The notes beneath the pieces are model-generated. The model worked only from the letters and a program-made list of their open reading frames with translations, was not told the origin of the DNA and did no database searches. Shown here piece after piece: positions 44,243-55,940 of a stretch of 64,000 nucleotides of DNA; the stretch's first letter is position 1, and each line of letters starts with the position of its first letter. The position numbers and the translations under genes were made by a program. The DNA is from an uncultured delta proteobacterium (GTDB lineage: Bacteria; Myxococcota_A; Polyangia; Fen-1088), in contig CAWCMR010000011.1 of NCBI GenBank assembly GCA_963796685.1, forward strand, positions 263,236 to 327,235. Direction: 5' to 3'.

Positions 44243-45841
44243 CTACCGCATCTCCACGTCCTCGAGGTACTCCTCGCGCCAGAATTCATAGCGCTCCTCG
44301 GGCAGGTGAAGGGCATGGGTCGGGCGTAGTGCGTCGACGAAGGGGCGATCGTGGCTCACCGCCACGACGGTGCCGGGCCAAGTGCTCAGCATCTCTCCCA
44401 CGGCCTCGACCGAAGCAGGGTCGAGGTTGTTCGTGGGCTCGTCGAGCACGAGGAGATTGGCGCGACCGGCCGACAGCATCGCCAGGCTGAGTTTGGCCCG
44501 TTCCCCTCCGGACAGAGATCCCGGCAACTGCTCCGCTGTGGCCCCGCTCAGCCCGAAGGAGCCCAGCAAGGCTCGACGCTCCGACACCGTCCGCAAGACG
44601 CTGTCGTCGATCTGTTCCAGGGCACAGCGCTGCGGATCGAGTTGCTCGTGCTCCTGGGCGAAGTACCCCAAGGCCACGTTGTGGCCGACCTCGACGGTGC
44701 CTTCGGTGGGCTCCTGGACGGCGGCGACGCACCGCAACAGGCTGCTCTTGCCCGCCCCGTTGCGCCCGATGACAACCACCCGATCACCGCGTCCTACGAC
44801 GAAATCGATGTTGAGGAGGACCTTCTTCGCTCCATAGGAGACCTGCACCCCGCGTACGGTGAGGGGGATTGCCCCCGATCGCGCCGGGACGGGGAGACGA
44901 AAGCGCGTCTTGCGCTCGCGTTCGACCAATTCCGTCCGATTGTCCTTCATGCGCTCGACCCTGCGATCGAGCACCTTCGCCTTGCGGGCCCGGTCCTCGG
45001 TGCTGGCCCGCATGGAATCGGCCAGGGTGCTGAGCTTGCGGATTTGGCGGTCCTCGAGGCTGCGTTTCTTCTCCCGCTGCTCGATGTCGGCGGTGAGCTG
45101 GGAGCGAAAGGAGCTGTAGTTGCCCTTGAACTCCCGCAATCCTCCTTCGGCCAGGCTCAGGACCTTGGTGATGACCCTGTCGAGCAGCTTGAGGTCGTGG
45201 CTGATGACGAGCATCGCCCCCGGAAAACGCGACAGCTCGGCACTGAGCCAGCGCTTGGCCGCGAGGTCGAGATGGTTGGTGGGCTCGTCGAGGACCAAGG
45301 TGTCGGGCTGTCCGAACAGGACGCGCACGATGTCGACGCGCCGGCGCTGACCGCCCGAGAGCGAGTCGATGTCGTCGAACAACGTGTCCTGGCGGAGCCC
45401 GATGCCCTCGGCCAGCCGGGCGATCTCGGCCTCGAGGTTGTAGCCGCCGACGGCGCCGTAGCGCTCCTCGAGGTCAGAGAAGGTCGCGATGGCCTCGGTC
45501 GTCGGGTCGGCTGCCACTGCGGCGCGGGCCTTGTGCAGCTCCTCGTCGAGGACGTCGAGGCCACGGGCGGAGAGCACGTGCGAGAACCCGGTCGGCTCGA
45601 GGCCGAGCCCCCCGGGGGTCGGGACCTGCGGGAGGAAGCCGATCGTCCCCTGGATGTCCACGTCGCCCGAGACCCGCAGGTGGGGGGGAACCTGCTTGCA
45701 GATGACCGAGACCAGAGACGACTTCCCCGTACCGTTGCGACCGACCAGCCCCACCTTGTCGTCGGGCCCGACCATGAACGAGCCGTCGCGAAGCAGCGTC
45801 CTGCCACCTATCTCGATGGTGAGGTCGCGTCCGGTGATCAC
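44243..45841 (-). CDS. ABC-F family ATPase
   Basis: Two NBDs (GRNGTGKS/LSGGQ/LDEPTNHLD and GRNGAGKS/LSGGE/LDEPTNNLD), no TM segments; intact ORF. Confidence 0.93.
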   Translation of the reverse strand: MITGRDLTIEIGGRTLLRDGSFMVGPDDKVGLVGRNGTGKSSLVSVICKQVPPHLRVSGDVDIQGTIGFLPQVPTPGGLGLEPTGFSHVLSARGLDVLDEELHKARAAVAADPTTEAIATFSDLEERYGAVGGYNLEAEIARLAEGIGLRQDTLFDDIDSLSGGQRRRVDIVRVLFGQPDTLVLDEPTNHLDLAAKRWLSAELSRFPGAMLVISHDLKLLDRVITKVLSLAEGGLREFKGNYSSFRSQLTADIEQREKKRSLEDRQIRKLSTLADSMRASTEDRARKAKVLDRRVERMKDNRTELVERERKTRFRLPVPARSGAIPLTVRGVQVSYGAKKVLLNIDFVVGRGDRVVVIGRNGAGKSSLLRCVAAVQEPTEGTVEVGHNVALGYFAQEHEQLDPQRCALEQIDDSVLRTVSERRALLGSFGLSGATAEQLPGSLSGGERAKLSLAMLSAGRANLLVLDEPTNNLDPASVEAVGEMLSTWPGTVVAVSHDRPFVDALRPTHALHLPEERYEFWREEYLEDVEMR

Positions 45842-45911
45842 ACCTCCATTGCACCAGGTTGGTGGAGGGGCGGACCACACAGTCGATCGGTCGCGGCCAC
45901 GGGTGACAGAG

Positions 45912-45992
45912 TGCGGGCGAGAGGAGTCGAACCTCCACCCCCGAAGGGACGGGGACCTAAACCCCGCGCGTCTACCGTTCCGCCACGCCCGC
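45912..45992 (-). tRNA. tRNA-Leu(TAG)
   Basis: GCGGGCGTGGCGGAACGGTAGACGCG-CGGGG-TTTAGGT-CCCCG, long variable arm, GGTTCGACTCC T-arm, acceptor CGCCCGC-A; CCA not encoded. Confidence 0.95.
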
Positions 45993-46100
45993 AGCGCCCC
46001 ACCATCGGCATCGCGCCGCCTACCGGGACACGCCGATCCTACTGGCCTCCTCTGGCGCACCCTGCCCGACCCGAGCCGACATCCCAGGTAGCCTCGTACC

Positions 46101-46739
46101 ATGGCATCACACACCACACACGCATCTCCCCTGGTCGCAGACCTGTCCCCCTCGATGCGGAACGGCAACCTGCCCGATCTGGCCTCGGCGGACGTCTTCC
46201 AGCGGCTCCTCAAGGAGCGCATCATCTTCCTGGGCAGCGCCATCGACGAGACAGTGGCGAATCAGGTCTGCGCGCAGCTCCTGCTCCTCGCGGCCGAGGA
46301 CCACGAACGCGACATCGCTCTCTACGTCAACTCTCCGGGGGGCTCGGTCACCGACGGGCTCGCCATCTACGACACGATGCAGTACGTGAGCTGCGACGTG
46401 AGCACGATCTGCGTGGGTCTCGCCGCGTCGATGGGGCAGTTCCTCCTGTGCGCGGGAGCACCGGGCAAGCGCTTCGCCCTGCCCCATAGCCGGATCCTCA
46501 TGCATCAGCCCTCGGGGCAGATGCAGGGCCAGGCCACCGACATCGCCATCCAGGCCGAGCAGATCGTCTACCTCAAGCGGATGATGGCGGAGCGCATCGC
46601 GTTCCACACCGGCCAGCCCATCGAGCGCATCGAAGCCGACTCGGACCGTGACCGGTGGTTCACCGCCGAGGAGGCGAAGGACTACGGGTTCATCGACCGC
46701 GTGATCGAGCACTCCTCCCCGCAGGCGGCCAACCGCTGA
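46101..46739 (+). CDS. clpP: ATP-dependent Clp protease proteolytic subunit
   Basis: [38 protein letters not shown] and [14 protein letters not shown]. Confidence 0.95.
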   Translation: MASHTTHASPLVADLSPSMRNGNLPDLASADVFQRLLKERIIFLGSAIDETVANQVCAQLLLLAAEDHERDIALYVNSPGGSVTDGLAIYDTMQYVSCDVSTICVGLAASMGQFLLCAGAPGKRFALPHSRILMHQPSGQMQGQATDIAIQAEQIVYLKRMMAERIAFHTGQPIERIEADSDRDRWFTAEEAKDYGFIDRVIEHSSPQAANR

Positions 46740-46774
46740 GCACGGGGCCCGGGGGTCTCGAACGGAGCGATCCG

Positions 46775-47850
46775 ATGACCGACGTCCAGTCAGACACCGA
46801 GGCCGCGCCGGCGGCCGTCGATCCGACGGTTGCGGGCCCCGGTGCCGGGCCGGGTCTCGCTGGCGAGGAGGAGCGCCAGATAGCGGAGCGCGCCGCCCGC
46901 ATCGCGTCTCGGTCCAAGCCGACCCGGGTGGTTGCCGCCCGAGTGAGCCTCTGGCTGCGCCTCGGGGAGCTGTGGCGGGCCCGGGAGCTGTTCTTCTTCC
47001 TGGTCCGCAAGGAGATCAAGGTCAAGTACAAGAACTCGGCCCTGGGGTTCTTGTGGTCCATGCTCAACCCGGCGCTGACCCTGGCCGTCTTCTACGTGCT
47101 GTTCACCTTCTTCCTGCCCAACGGCATCCCCAACTTCGTCATCTACATGTTCTCGGCCATGCTGGTCTGGAACCTCTTCCAGACCGCTGTGCTCACGGGG
47201 ACCAGCACGATCGTGTCCAACGCCGGCCATCGTGAAGAAGGTGGCCTTCCCCCGCGAGATCCTGTCCCTCGCCGCGGTCGGATCGGCCTTCATGTTCTTC
47301 CTGTTCCAGTCCATCGTCCTGCTGGTCTTCATGATCGCCTTCTGGCATCGGCCCGACTGGAGCGAGCTGTGGCTCGTCATCCCGGCTTTGGCGGCCATCG
47401 TTGTGTTCTTCGTCCGCACTGGCGGTCTTCCTGTCGGCGGTGAACGTCTACCTGCGAGACACCCAGCACCTGGTCGAGGTGATCCTGATGGCGTGGTTCT
47501 GGGCCATCCCGGGCATTTACCCGTACTCCGGCCGGGTGCAGCACGGGCTCGTGAAGCACACCATCTTCGGCATCCCCGGCACCCATCTCATCTGGCTGTA
47601 CTTCGCCAACCCCGTGAGCCCGGTCGTGATGTCGTTCCAGCGGGTCTTCTACAACGTCGATCCATCCCCGATCGACATTGGCCTCACGAGCACCACACGC
47701 CTTCATCACGAACGGCGTCCTGGCCAGGTACGGACTCCACTGGTACGTGGCTGTCGGATCTCACCGTCCTTGGGGTGTCGCCTCGTGCTCCTGCTCGGCG
47801 CCATGGTCGTGTTCGGGCGCCTCGAGGGCAACTTCGCCGAGGAGCTCTGA
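46775..47850 (+). CDS. ABC-2 polysaccharide exporter permease (Wzm-like; frameshifted)
   Basis: [34 protein letters not shown] and FAEEL. Confidence 0.9.
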
Positions 47851-47857
47851 GATCGGC

Positions 47858-49083
47858 GTGGCCGCGAACATCGCGGTCGACGTTGTCGACGTGACCAAGC
47901 GGTTCCGGCTCTACACCGAGAAGTACCAGTCGCTCAAGGAGCGTGTCCTGCACGCGGGGCGCAACCCCTACGAGGACTTCTGGGCCCTGCGCGACGTCAG
48001 CTTCGAGATCCCCGAGGGCCAGACCGTCGGCATCCTGGGTCGCAACGGCTCGGGGAAGTCCACCCTGCTCAAGTGCGTCTCGGGGATCCTGCAGCCCACC
48101 AAGGGCAAGGTCGTCGTGCGCGGCAGCCTGGCCGCCCTGCTTGGAGCTCGGGGCCGGGTTCCAGCCCGAGCTGTCGGGACGGGAGAACATCTACCTGAAC
48201 GCGTCGCTGCTCGGCCTGTCGACCAAGGAGGTCGACAGGCGCTTCGACGAGATCGTCGCCTTCGCCGAGCTCGAGCAGTTCATCGACAACCAGGTGAAGT
48301 ACTACTCGTCGGGGATGTACGTCCGGCTCGGGCTTCGCCGTGGCGGTCAACGTCGACCCCGACATCCTGGTGGTGGACGAGGTGCTGGCCGTCGGGCGAC
48401 GAGGCGTTCTCGCGCAAGTGCATGGCGCAGGATCAAGGAGTTCCAGGACGACGGCCGGACGATCCTCTTCGTGACCCACTCCTCGGATCTCGTCCGCCAG
48501 ATCTGTGACTTCGCGGTCGTGCTGAGCTCGGGCGACATGATCGGCTCGGGCCCGGCCGCCGACGCGGTGCGCATCTACCACGAGCACCTCAACACGATCG
48601 GCCCCGGGCATCGGCGCGGCGCCGCTCGAGCCGGAAGCGTCCCGCCGCAGGCGGTGCTGCACCGTTCCATCGAGATCTCGTCGGTCGAGGTCGAGCACCC
48701 CGGGATGGGCTCGCGTCCGTACCTGCTCCCCGGGGAGCCGCTGACCGTGCATGTCGCCTTCGACGCGACCGAGCCGGTGAAGGCGTGGTGTTCGCGCTGG
48801 AGCTCTTCGACCAGGAGGGCCGGTTGATCTTCGGGTCCGACACCGAGATCCTCGACCGGCCCTTCGACGCGCCCGTCGGCGCCGGGCGTGCCGACCTGAG
48901 CTTCGAGCGTGTGCCGTTGCTCGACGGGGCCTACAGCGTGAAGGTCGAGAGTCAAGGACCGGTCTGGGGATCCTCTACGACAGCCAGGAGCAGCAGGGCT
49001 TCGAGGTGATGAACCCGGACCGGTCGCGAGGCACGGTCGCGTTGGAGCTGCATGCCGACATCCGAGCCGCCAGCCTGAGCTGA
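47858..49083 (+). CDS. ABC polysaccharide exporter ATPase with C-terminal Wzt domain (frameshifted)
   Basis: [38 protein letters not shown] and FVTHS; beta-rich C-terminal extension. Confidence 0.9.
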
Positions 49084-49130
49084 ACGCCTGTCGCCCGGTG
49101 TCTTGGTCTGCGTCGTCCTCGTTCCGGGTC

Positions 49131-51391
49131 ATGCCCGGTGCGGCCCGCAGCGGTGGTACCGAGGTGTCGTCCTCGTGGCGGGCTCGTGGCCTCGGCTGGC
49201 AGCATCGTGCGCTCGCCCGGCGCGACGGAACGCGGTGCCCGCGGCGTTGGGCAGCCCCACGTGTCGCCGACCTTCACCTTCACATGGTCGACCGGCGCTC
49301 TCGCCGACCAGGGGCAGTCCGATCGCCGAGTCCTCACCCGGACGTGGCGACACTCGACAACCTCGGTCCCGCTGTCGTCGTCGGTGACCGAAGCGGTTCG
49401 GTGTACGCCTACCACCTTGCCGACGGATCGCCAGTGCCGGGTTGGCCCGTCGACGACGGCGGCGTCCCCATCGACTCGTCGCCATCGGTGTGCGCCGCGC
49501 CCAGGCGGGCTGGACTCGGTGTTCGTGGGCGCCGGCAACGCCGCCGATCCCGGCCAGGGCGGCTACGAGGCCTTCGCCGCGTCGGGCGCGCCCCTGTGGT
49601 TCACACCGGTCGATCGACCCAGCCAGCGACAGCCGAGCCCGCCGCGGGAGTCCAGGCGTCGATGACCGTGGCCGATCTCCAGGGCGCCGCCGAGCGTCGT
49701 CGCCGGTTCGCTCGACCAGGAGCAGTACGCGCTCGACGCGTCGACGGGGGCCACGCTGCGCGGGTTGGCCCTTGTTCACCGTCCGACAGCGTGTTCTCCA
49801 CCGCGGCGGTGGGCGGATCTCTACGGCACGGGCACCGACGACATCGTCGAGGGCGGTGACCAGACCGCCGGTTTCGCCGTCGGTCGCCACTACCAGCAAG
49901 GTGGCCACCTCCGCATCCTCAACCAGCACGGGGGGTCGATCTGCGACGCGCCGACCACCCAGACCGTGGACTCCTCACCTGCGGTGGGCCCGTTCCTGGC
50001 CGGCGGGGCGACCGGCATCGCCGTGGGCACCGGGCGCGTTCTTCTCCGGTGCCTCCGACACCGACGCCGTGAAGGCCTTCGACACCGACTGCAACCCGGT
50101 GTGGTCCCGAACCCTCGACGGGGTCACGACCGAGCAGTCCCGCCCTGGCCGACGTCACCGGGAGCGGGCAGACTCGCAGGTGGTCGAGGGCACCGACACC
50201 GGCACGGGGGGATCGGTGTGGGTCCTCGACGGCGACGACTGGGGCCACGATCTGGCAGGAGCCGGTGGTGGGCCGCGTCATCGGGTCGGTGGTGGTCGCC
50301 GACCTGGCCGGGCGGGGCAGCCAGGACGTCCTCGTCCCCACCACGGCAGGGGTGGAGGTGCTCGACGGCGCCACGGGGGACCGAGTTGACCGTGCTCAGC
50401 CCCGACCTGGGGTTCCAGAACTCGCCGATGGTCACCGACGATCCCAACGGTGACGTCGGGATCACGGTGGCGGGATACGACGGCACGAACCAGGGGGAGA
50501 TCCGGCACTACGAGATCCTCGGCTCCGACGGTGCATCGCGCCGTCGGCCCGACGTCGTGGCCGATGTTCCACCACGACCCGCAGCGCACCGGCGTCACCG
50601 GGACCCCGCCCGCGGCCGCCGTGCTCGGTGCCCTCGGGGGCGTTCCCGGGGTACACGCTGGCGGCGTCCGACGGCGGGGTCTTCGCCTTCGGGACGCCCG
50701 TTCTGCGGTTCCGCCGGGGACCTGAAGCTTGCCGCGCCGGTGGTGGGCATGGCCAAGGCTCCCGACAGCGGGGGCTACTGGCTCGTGGGCGCGGACGGCG
50801 GGGTCTTCGCCTACGGCGGGGCCGGGTACTACGGGTCGATGGGCGGCGTCGCGCTCGGCGCAACCGGTCGTCGGCATGGCCGCCACACGCGACGGTCATG
50901 GCTACTGGCTCGTCGGCGCCGACGGCGGGGTGTTCGCCTTCGGTGACGCCGGGTACTTCGGTTCGGTGTCAGACCTGCACCTGGCCGCGCCCGTGGTGGG
51001 CATCGCCGCCGTCGATCGACGGCGAGGGCTACTGGCTGGTCGGGGCCGACGGCGGGGTGTTCGCCTTCGGCGACGCCCAGTACTTCGGCTCGATGGCCAA
51101 GCACCGACTCCGCGGCGCCGGTCGTGGGCATCGCCGTCGACGTCACCACGGCGGGCTACTGGCTCGTCGGCGCCGACGGCGGGGTGTTCGCGCTTCGGCG
51201 CGACGTTCTTCGGTTCGTTGGGCGCGCTCACCCTGGCGCGGCCCGGTGGTGGGTATGGCGGCGACGACGACGGGTACGGCTACTGGCTGGTCGGGTCTGA
51301 CGGCGGGGTGTTCGCCTTCGGCGATGCCCCTTCGACGGGTCGATGGCGCAGACCCACTCTCGCCGCCCCGGTACGCGCCGTCGCGCCCTGA
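49131..51391 (+). CDS. Secreted FG-GAP/beta-propeller-like protein with C-terminal GYWLV repeats (frameshifted)
   Basis: DSSPAV/ADL.G repeats and WPMFHHDP, followed by six GYWLVxxDGGVFAFG units. Confidence 0.75.
50649..51390 (+). repeat. Six coding tandem repeats, about 126-bp period
   Basis: Unit starts at 50649, 50773, 50900, 51027, 51154 and 51278. Confidence 0.9.
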
Positions 51392-51412
51392 GCGGACGGC
51401 GCGCAGGTGTCG

Positions 51413-52519
51413 ATGAGTACAATGCCGCCGGTGCGAGTCGACCAGGTGATCCCTTCGCTCGCCAGTCGCGACGCGATCGGTGTGCACACCGTGGCCATCA
51501 CCGAGGCGCTGCGCCAGCGTCGGGCATCGAGTCGGACATCTTCTACGGGGAGTGCACGCCGCGACCTCGCCGACCGGGCGCGGCCCATGAGCAGCCTGGG
51601 CCGACCGACCAAGGGCCGCTGGTTGCTGTACCAGGCGTCGATCGGCAGCCCGGTCTTCGACATCTTCGCCAGTCAGATCGGAACCCAAGCTCCTCAACTA
51701 CCACAACATCACGCCCGGCCGCGCTCCTCGACGGGTGGGAGCCCGCCGTGGGCCACGAGGTGAGCCTCGGCCGCTCGCAGGTCACACGGGTGGCCGCGGA
51801 GTGCCGTCTCGCCATCGCCGACTCGGCCTTCAACGAGGAGGAGCTCATCGACGTCGGCTTCGCGCACACCGCCGTGGCGCCGTTGCTCATCGACATGACC
51901 GCGGCCGCGCCGACCCCGATCCGGTGTTGTCGCGCCGGCTGGCCGCGGCCAAGGCCGACGGCGGCCCCGACTTCCTGTTCGTCGGCAAGGTGTCGCCGCA
52001 CAAGGCCCAGCACGACCTCGTCAAGATGCTGGCGGTGTACCGCCGCCTCTACAACGACCGCGCCCGGCTCCATCTCGTCGGCACCCCGCTCGGCAAGACC
52101 TACGGGCCGGCCGCTGTCGGCGTTCATCGCGGAGCTGGGCCTGAGCGAGGCCGTCTCGATCACGGGCTCGGTGTCCCCGCAGGAGCTCGAGTCCTACTAC
52201 CGGGCAGCCGACGTGTTCGTGTGCGCGTCGGAGCACGAGGGATTCTGCGTTCCCCTCGTCGAGGCCATGGGCCACGGGCTCCCCGTCGTCGCCTACTCGA
52301 CCTCGGCGGTCCCCGAGACCGTCGCCGATGCCGGGCTGCTGCTGTCGTCGAAGGAGCCCCTGCTGTTCGCGGCGTCGGTGCACAGGGTGGTCGAGGACGA
52401 CCGCCTGCGCCGGCAGTTCGTGGAGGCGGGCACGCGGCGGGCCGAGGACGTTCTCGCTCTCGAATTCCCGCCGGCGCTTCGTCGACCTCGTCGTCGACGC
52501 GCTGGCATCGACGCCGTGA
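51413..52519 (+). CDS. GT4 glycosyltransferase (frameshifted)
   Basis: DAIG, YHNITP, LFVGKVSPHK and SEHEGFCVPLVEAM. Confidence 0.88.
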
Positions 52520-52532
52520 CCGAGGCGGGCCG

Positions 52533-53776
52533 TCAGTCGTAGCGCCGAGGGTCGGGCGCCGGTCCGATCACCGGTCGGTTCTGCGGACCGGGGCCGTGTC
52601 CCACACCTTGTCGGCACCCGCCCAGCGCTCCCACACGGCGCGCGGCGTCGTGGTCCAGAGCCGCCGCATGCGCATCCGCGACAGCCAGTGCCCAGGGAAG
52701 CTTGGTGAGCACCGCCTGTCGGAGCTCGGGGCCGGGGTCCTCGTGCATGCGCCGCCACAGGGCGTTCCCGGCCACGTCGAGCGGTGCGTTGCGCACCAGG
52801 CACAACAGGGCGTTGCGCTGGGCCAGGAACCGGACCATGGGGGAGCCAGGTCCCTCGCTCGTCGCCGACAGGCGGTGGCGCACCGACGCGGAGGGGTCGT
52901 AGACGATCCGCAGCCCGGCCAGGCGGGCCCGCAGGCACCAGTCGGTGTCCTCGTTGTAGGCGAAGAACTGCGGGGCCAGGCCGCCCAGTCGGCGCAGGGT
53001 CTCGGCCCGGAACACCGGCGCCGTCCCGCTGAACCCGAAGCGCTCGGCGGCGTGGTCGAATCGTCCGTCGTCGGGCGCACCCAAGCCGTACTCGCCCGCC
53101 ACGCCGTGACGTTCGAGGTAGGAGCCGGCGTGATTGACGAGACGACACGTGGTACGCACCGGGACCTGTTCACCGTTGACGGTGACGGCGCCGAGCTGGG
53201 CGGGGTCGGCGACGGGGACGTAGAAGGGGCGACGCCCCGACGTCCATCGCCACCGGGTCGGCTCGCCGTCGACCACGGCACGCTCGGTGTCGTGGACCCC
53301 GGCACCCTGACGGCGTCGAGGACGTCGACGTCGCCGACCGTCACGGACCGGAGCTGTCGGCCCAACGGTCGGGCGTCGCCGCCGGCGTACCACGGCTCGT
53401 CGTCGAGGAGGATCTCGGCGAAGAGCCCGTCGAGGACGACCTTCGGCGTGACGGCGGCCACGGTGGGATCGGCCAGCACGCCGCGCGCCGCCTCGATCCA
53501 GCCCGGTCCGGCGACGGCGTCGTCGTTGAGCAGGGCGACGAGCTCACCCCGGGCGTGGCGCAGGCCCAGCTCGACGCCTCCCGCGAACCCGAGGTTGACG
53601 GAGGATCGCACCACCTGGGCGCCCATCGGGGCGGCGACGGCCGAGGCCTGTGCTCCCGCCGACCCGTTGTCGACGACGACCACCTGGTCGGCCTGGGCCC
53701 GGGCCGAAGCCAGGCACGGGGCCAGCCAGTCCCCGGGGCGATACGAGACGACGACCACCGAAGCGTCCGGTGGCAT
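52533..53776 (-). CDS. GT2 glycosyltransferase (frameshifted)
   Basis: VVVVSY, VVDNGS, NLGFAGG, LLNDDA and FFAYNEDTDWCLR. Confidence 0.88.
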
Positions 53777-54696
53777 CAGCGGGTGGCGACGACGTTCCCG
53801 TAGGGCAGGTCGAGGAGCCTGGCGCGCTCGATGGAGGCGAGGTCGTCCTCGAGGAGGCGAAAGTGCAGTCCGTGGCCTTCGAGGAGGTCCACGAGCGCCT
53901 CGGCCTTGTCGCCCACCCCTTCCATGAGGGCGGGGGCCCACTCGAACATGACGGCGATCTGGGGCTCGCTGGTCGAGCGTTCGGGACGAGCCCGGTGAAG
54001 GCCTGGAGCTCCGCACCTTCGATGTCCATCTTGAGCACGTCGACGGGAGGGAGTCCGACGAGGAGGTCGTCGACGGGGACGGCTTGGACCTCGACCATCT
54101 CCTCGGTGTCTCCCAGCCGGTCGAGCGCGTCCGGCCCGATGGCGCCGACGCTGGAGGCGCCCGGAGAAGTTGAGGCGTTGGTGCAGCTGCAGGCTGGTCG
54201 AGCTCGACCATGCCGCCCGATGCCAGGTGGTGACGTAGCCGTAGAGCCCGTTCATGACCACGTTGCGACGCAGCAGATTCCGCCAGGCCGGGATGGGCTT
54301 CGACCGCCACCACCTTGCCCCGTCGGGCCGACGAGTTGGCCACCGAGGAGGGTGAAGTAGCCGATGTTGGCGCCCACGTCGACGAACGATCTGTCCGGGC
54401 CGGAGCGTCTCCTGCAGCCACCCGGTGACATGGGTCTCCCACAGTCCGTCGAGCACGATCCAGGCGGAGATCGCCGCGTCGCGAGTGTCGACCAACATCT
54501 TGGCGCCCCACCGGGTGGCGACCAGCGCGGTGTGGTCACCGAAGTACAGCGGCCCATTGGGGTAGCGCTGCGCCCGGAGGGTGGCCAGGCCGGCCTCGAT
54601 GGCATCGAGCCGGTGCGTGACCTCCTCCATGCCGAGCGAACGGCGGGCGCGGGCCGCAACTCGGGACAACAGGGGATGACGACCCACGCCGGTCAT
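53776..54696 (-). CDS. FkbM family methyltransferase with N-terminal coiled coil (frameshifted)
   Basis: RLDAIEAGLATL; G.WE; FVDVGANIGYFT; VLKMDIEGAE. Confidence 0.88.
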   Translation of the reverse strand: MTGVGRHPLLSRVAARARRSLGMEEVTHRLDAIEAGLATLRAQRYPNGPLYFGDHTALVATRWGAKMLVDTRDAAISAWIVLDGLWETHVTGWLQETLRPGQIVRRRGRQHRLLHPPRWPTRRPDGARWWRSKPIPAWRNLLRRNVVMNGLYGYVTTWHRAAWSSSTSLQLHQRLNFSGRLQRRRHRAGRARPAGRHRGDGRGPSRPRRRPPRRTPSRRRAQDGHRRCGAPGLHRARPERSTSEPQIAVMFEWAPALMEGVGDKAEALVDLLEGHGLHFRLLEDDLASIERARLLDLPYGNVVATR

Positions 54697-54713
54697 CCTA
54701 ACGGTCCGCTCGA

Positions 54714-55940
54714 TCAGCCCGGCGGGACGGTGGCGGGCGCCGTCACCCTCGTCAGGATGCGGTCGGCCAGGGTGTCGTAGCGATCGACGATGGCCGGCCA
54801 GTTGAAGACGCGCCGGGTGTAGGCCCGACCGTTGGTGCACGAGGCGATCCCGCAGTGCACGGTCGCCGAGCAGCCGGTCGGCCACGGTCTCGAAGTCTGC
54901 GTAGTCGTGAGAACCACAAGCCCCCCTCCGCTGCGACGGCAGTGTTCGACCGTCGCCGCGCAGCGGCTGGTTCACGACGACGGGAGCATCCCGCCAACCA
55001 CGCCTCGAGGACGACGAGGCTGAAGGACTCCCACGCCGAAGGGCGTCACGACGAACTCGCACCGCCTGCAACGCCCCCCATTTGACGTCTTCGGTCTGGC
55101 GGCCCGGCGACGACGACGTCGTCGTCGGCCTGGAGTGCCTCGTGGACCGGCCCGAGGAGGACCAGGCGGGGGGCGTCGGGACGCCGCGGGCGGTACAGCC
55201 GCCACAGCTCGGCCAGTACGTGGGAGCCCTTGGCCCGCTCGACCCGACCGACGCACAGCACGAACGCGTTCGCCGGGAGCAAGACCGAGCGCGGCGCGCG
55301 CCGCGGCGGGGTCGCCCGAACCCTTCGACGACGGTGGCGCCGATCGACGCTGGCCGGGAGATGGGCGACGGGGAAGGTGCGCTCGACCAACGCCTGTTCG
55401 GAGTAGGAGTTGTAGGCGAACCCGCCGGCGGCCTCGGAACACGGTGCGCATGATCGGGAGATGGAGCTCGGGCTCGTCGTGGGCGGCGCTGTGGAAGATC
55501 ACCCGCCGGCCCAGGCGCGGCACCGCCATGGACCGCCGGCCAGAACAGATACGGCGTCACCGCGATCGAGATCGCAGTCCGACTCGGCCGCGTCGTCGAG
55601 CACGTCGGGACACACCGGTCCCACCAGCTCGACGAACCGGTGGGCCAGCGTCGTCGGGAACGACAGCGGGACTGTGTCTGGATCAAGACGCTCAGCTCGC
55701 CCGAGCGGGGGTCGCGTCCCGAGACCGAGCGATGGCGGTGCACGGTGACGCCGTTCGAGCTCACTGTCGCCGGGGGGCAGCTCGTCGGCCCAGGTGGCGG
55801 CGGAGACCGCACAGGTGGTGAAGACCTCGACGTCCCAGCCCTTCAGTGCGACGAGGTGTTCGCACAGCAGGCGCAGCCAGTGTTCGATGCCTCCCACCAC
55901 GTCCGTCGCCGTAACGGGGGACCACCAGACCCAGCTTCAT
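54714..55940 (-). CDS. GT4 glycosyltransferase (frameshifted)
   Basis: VVPRYG...GGIE, PYLFWP, AAHDEP, VGRVERAKG and ESFSLVVLEAW. Confidence 0.85.

Noticed and set aside
44351-46489. Long + strand ORF of 712 aa, and similar Arg/Pro-rich antisense ORFs throughout
   Set aside because: These are shadow frames of real genes on the opposite strand, typical of high-GC DNA.
50649-51390. CRISPR-like periodic repeat
   Set aside because: The period is about 126 bp, variation is synonymous-type, the repeats encode a peptide motif, and no cas genes are present.
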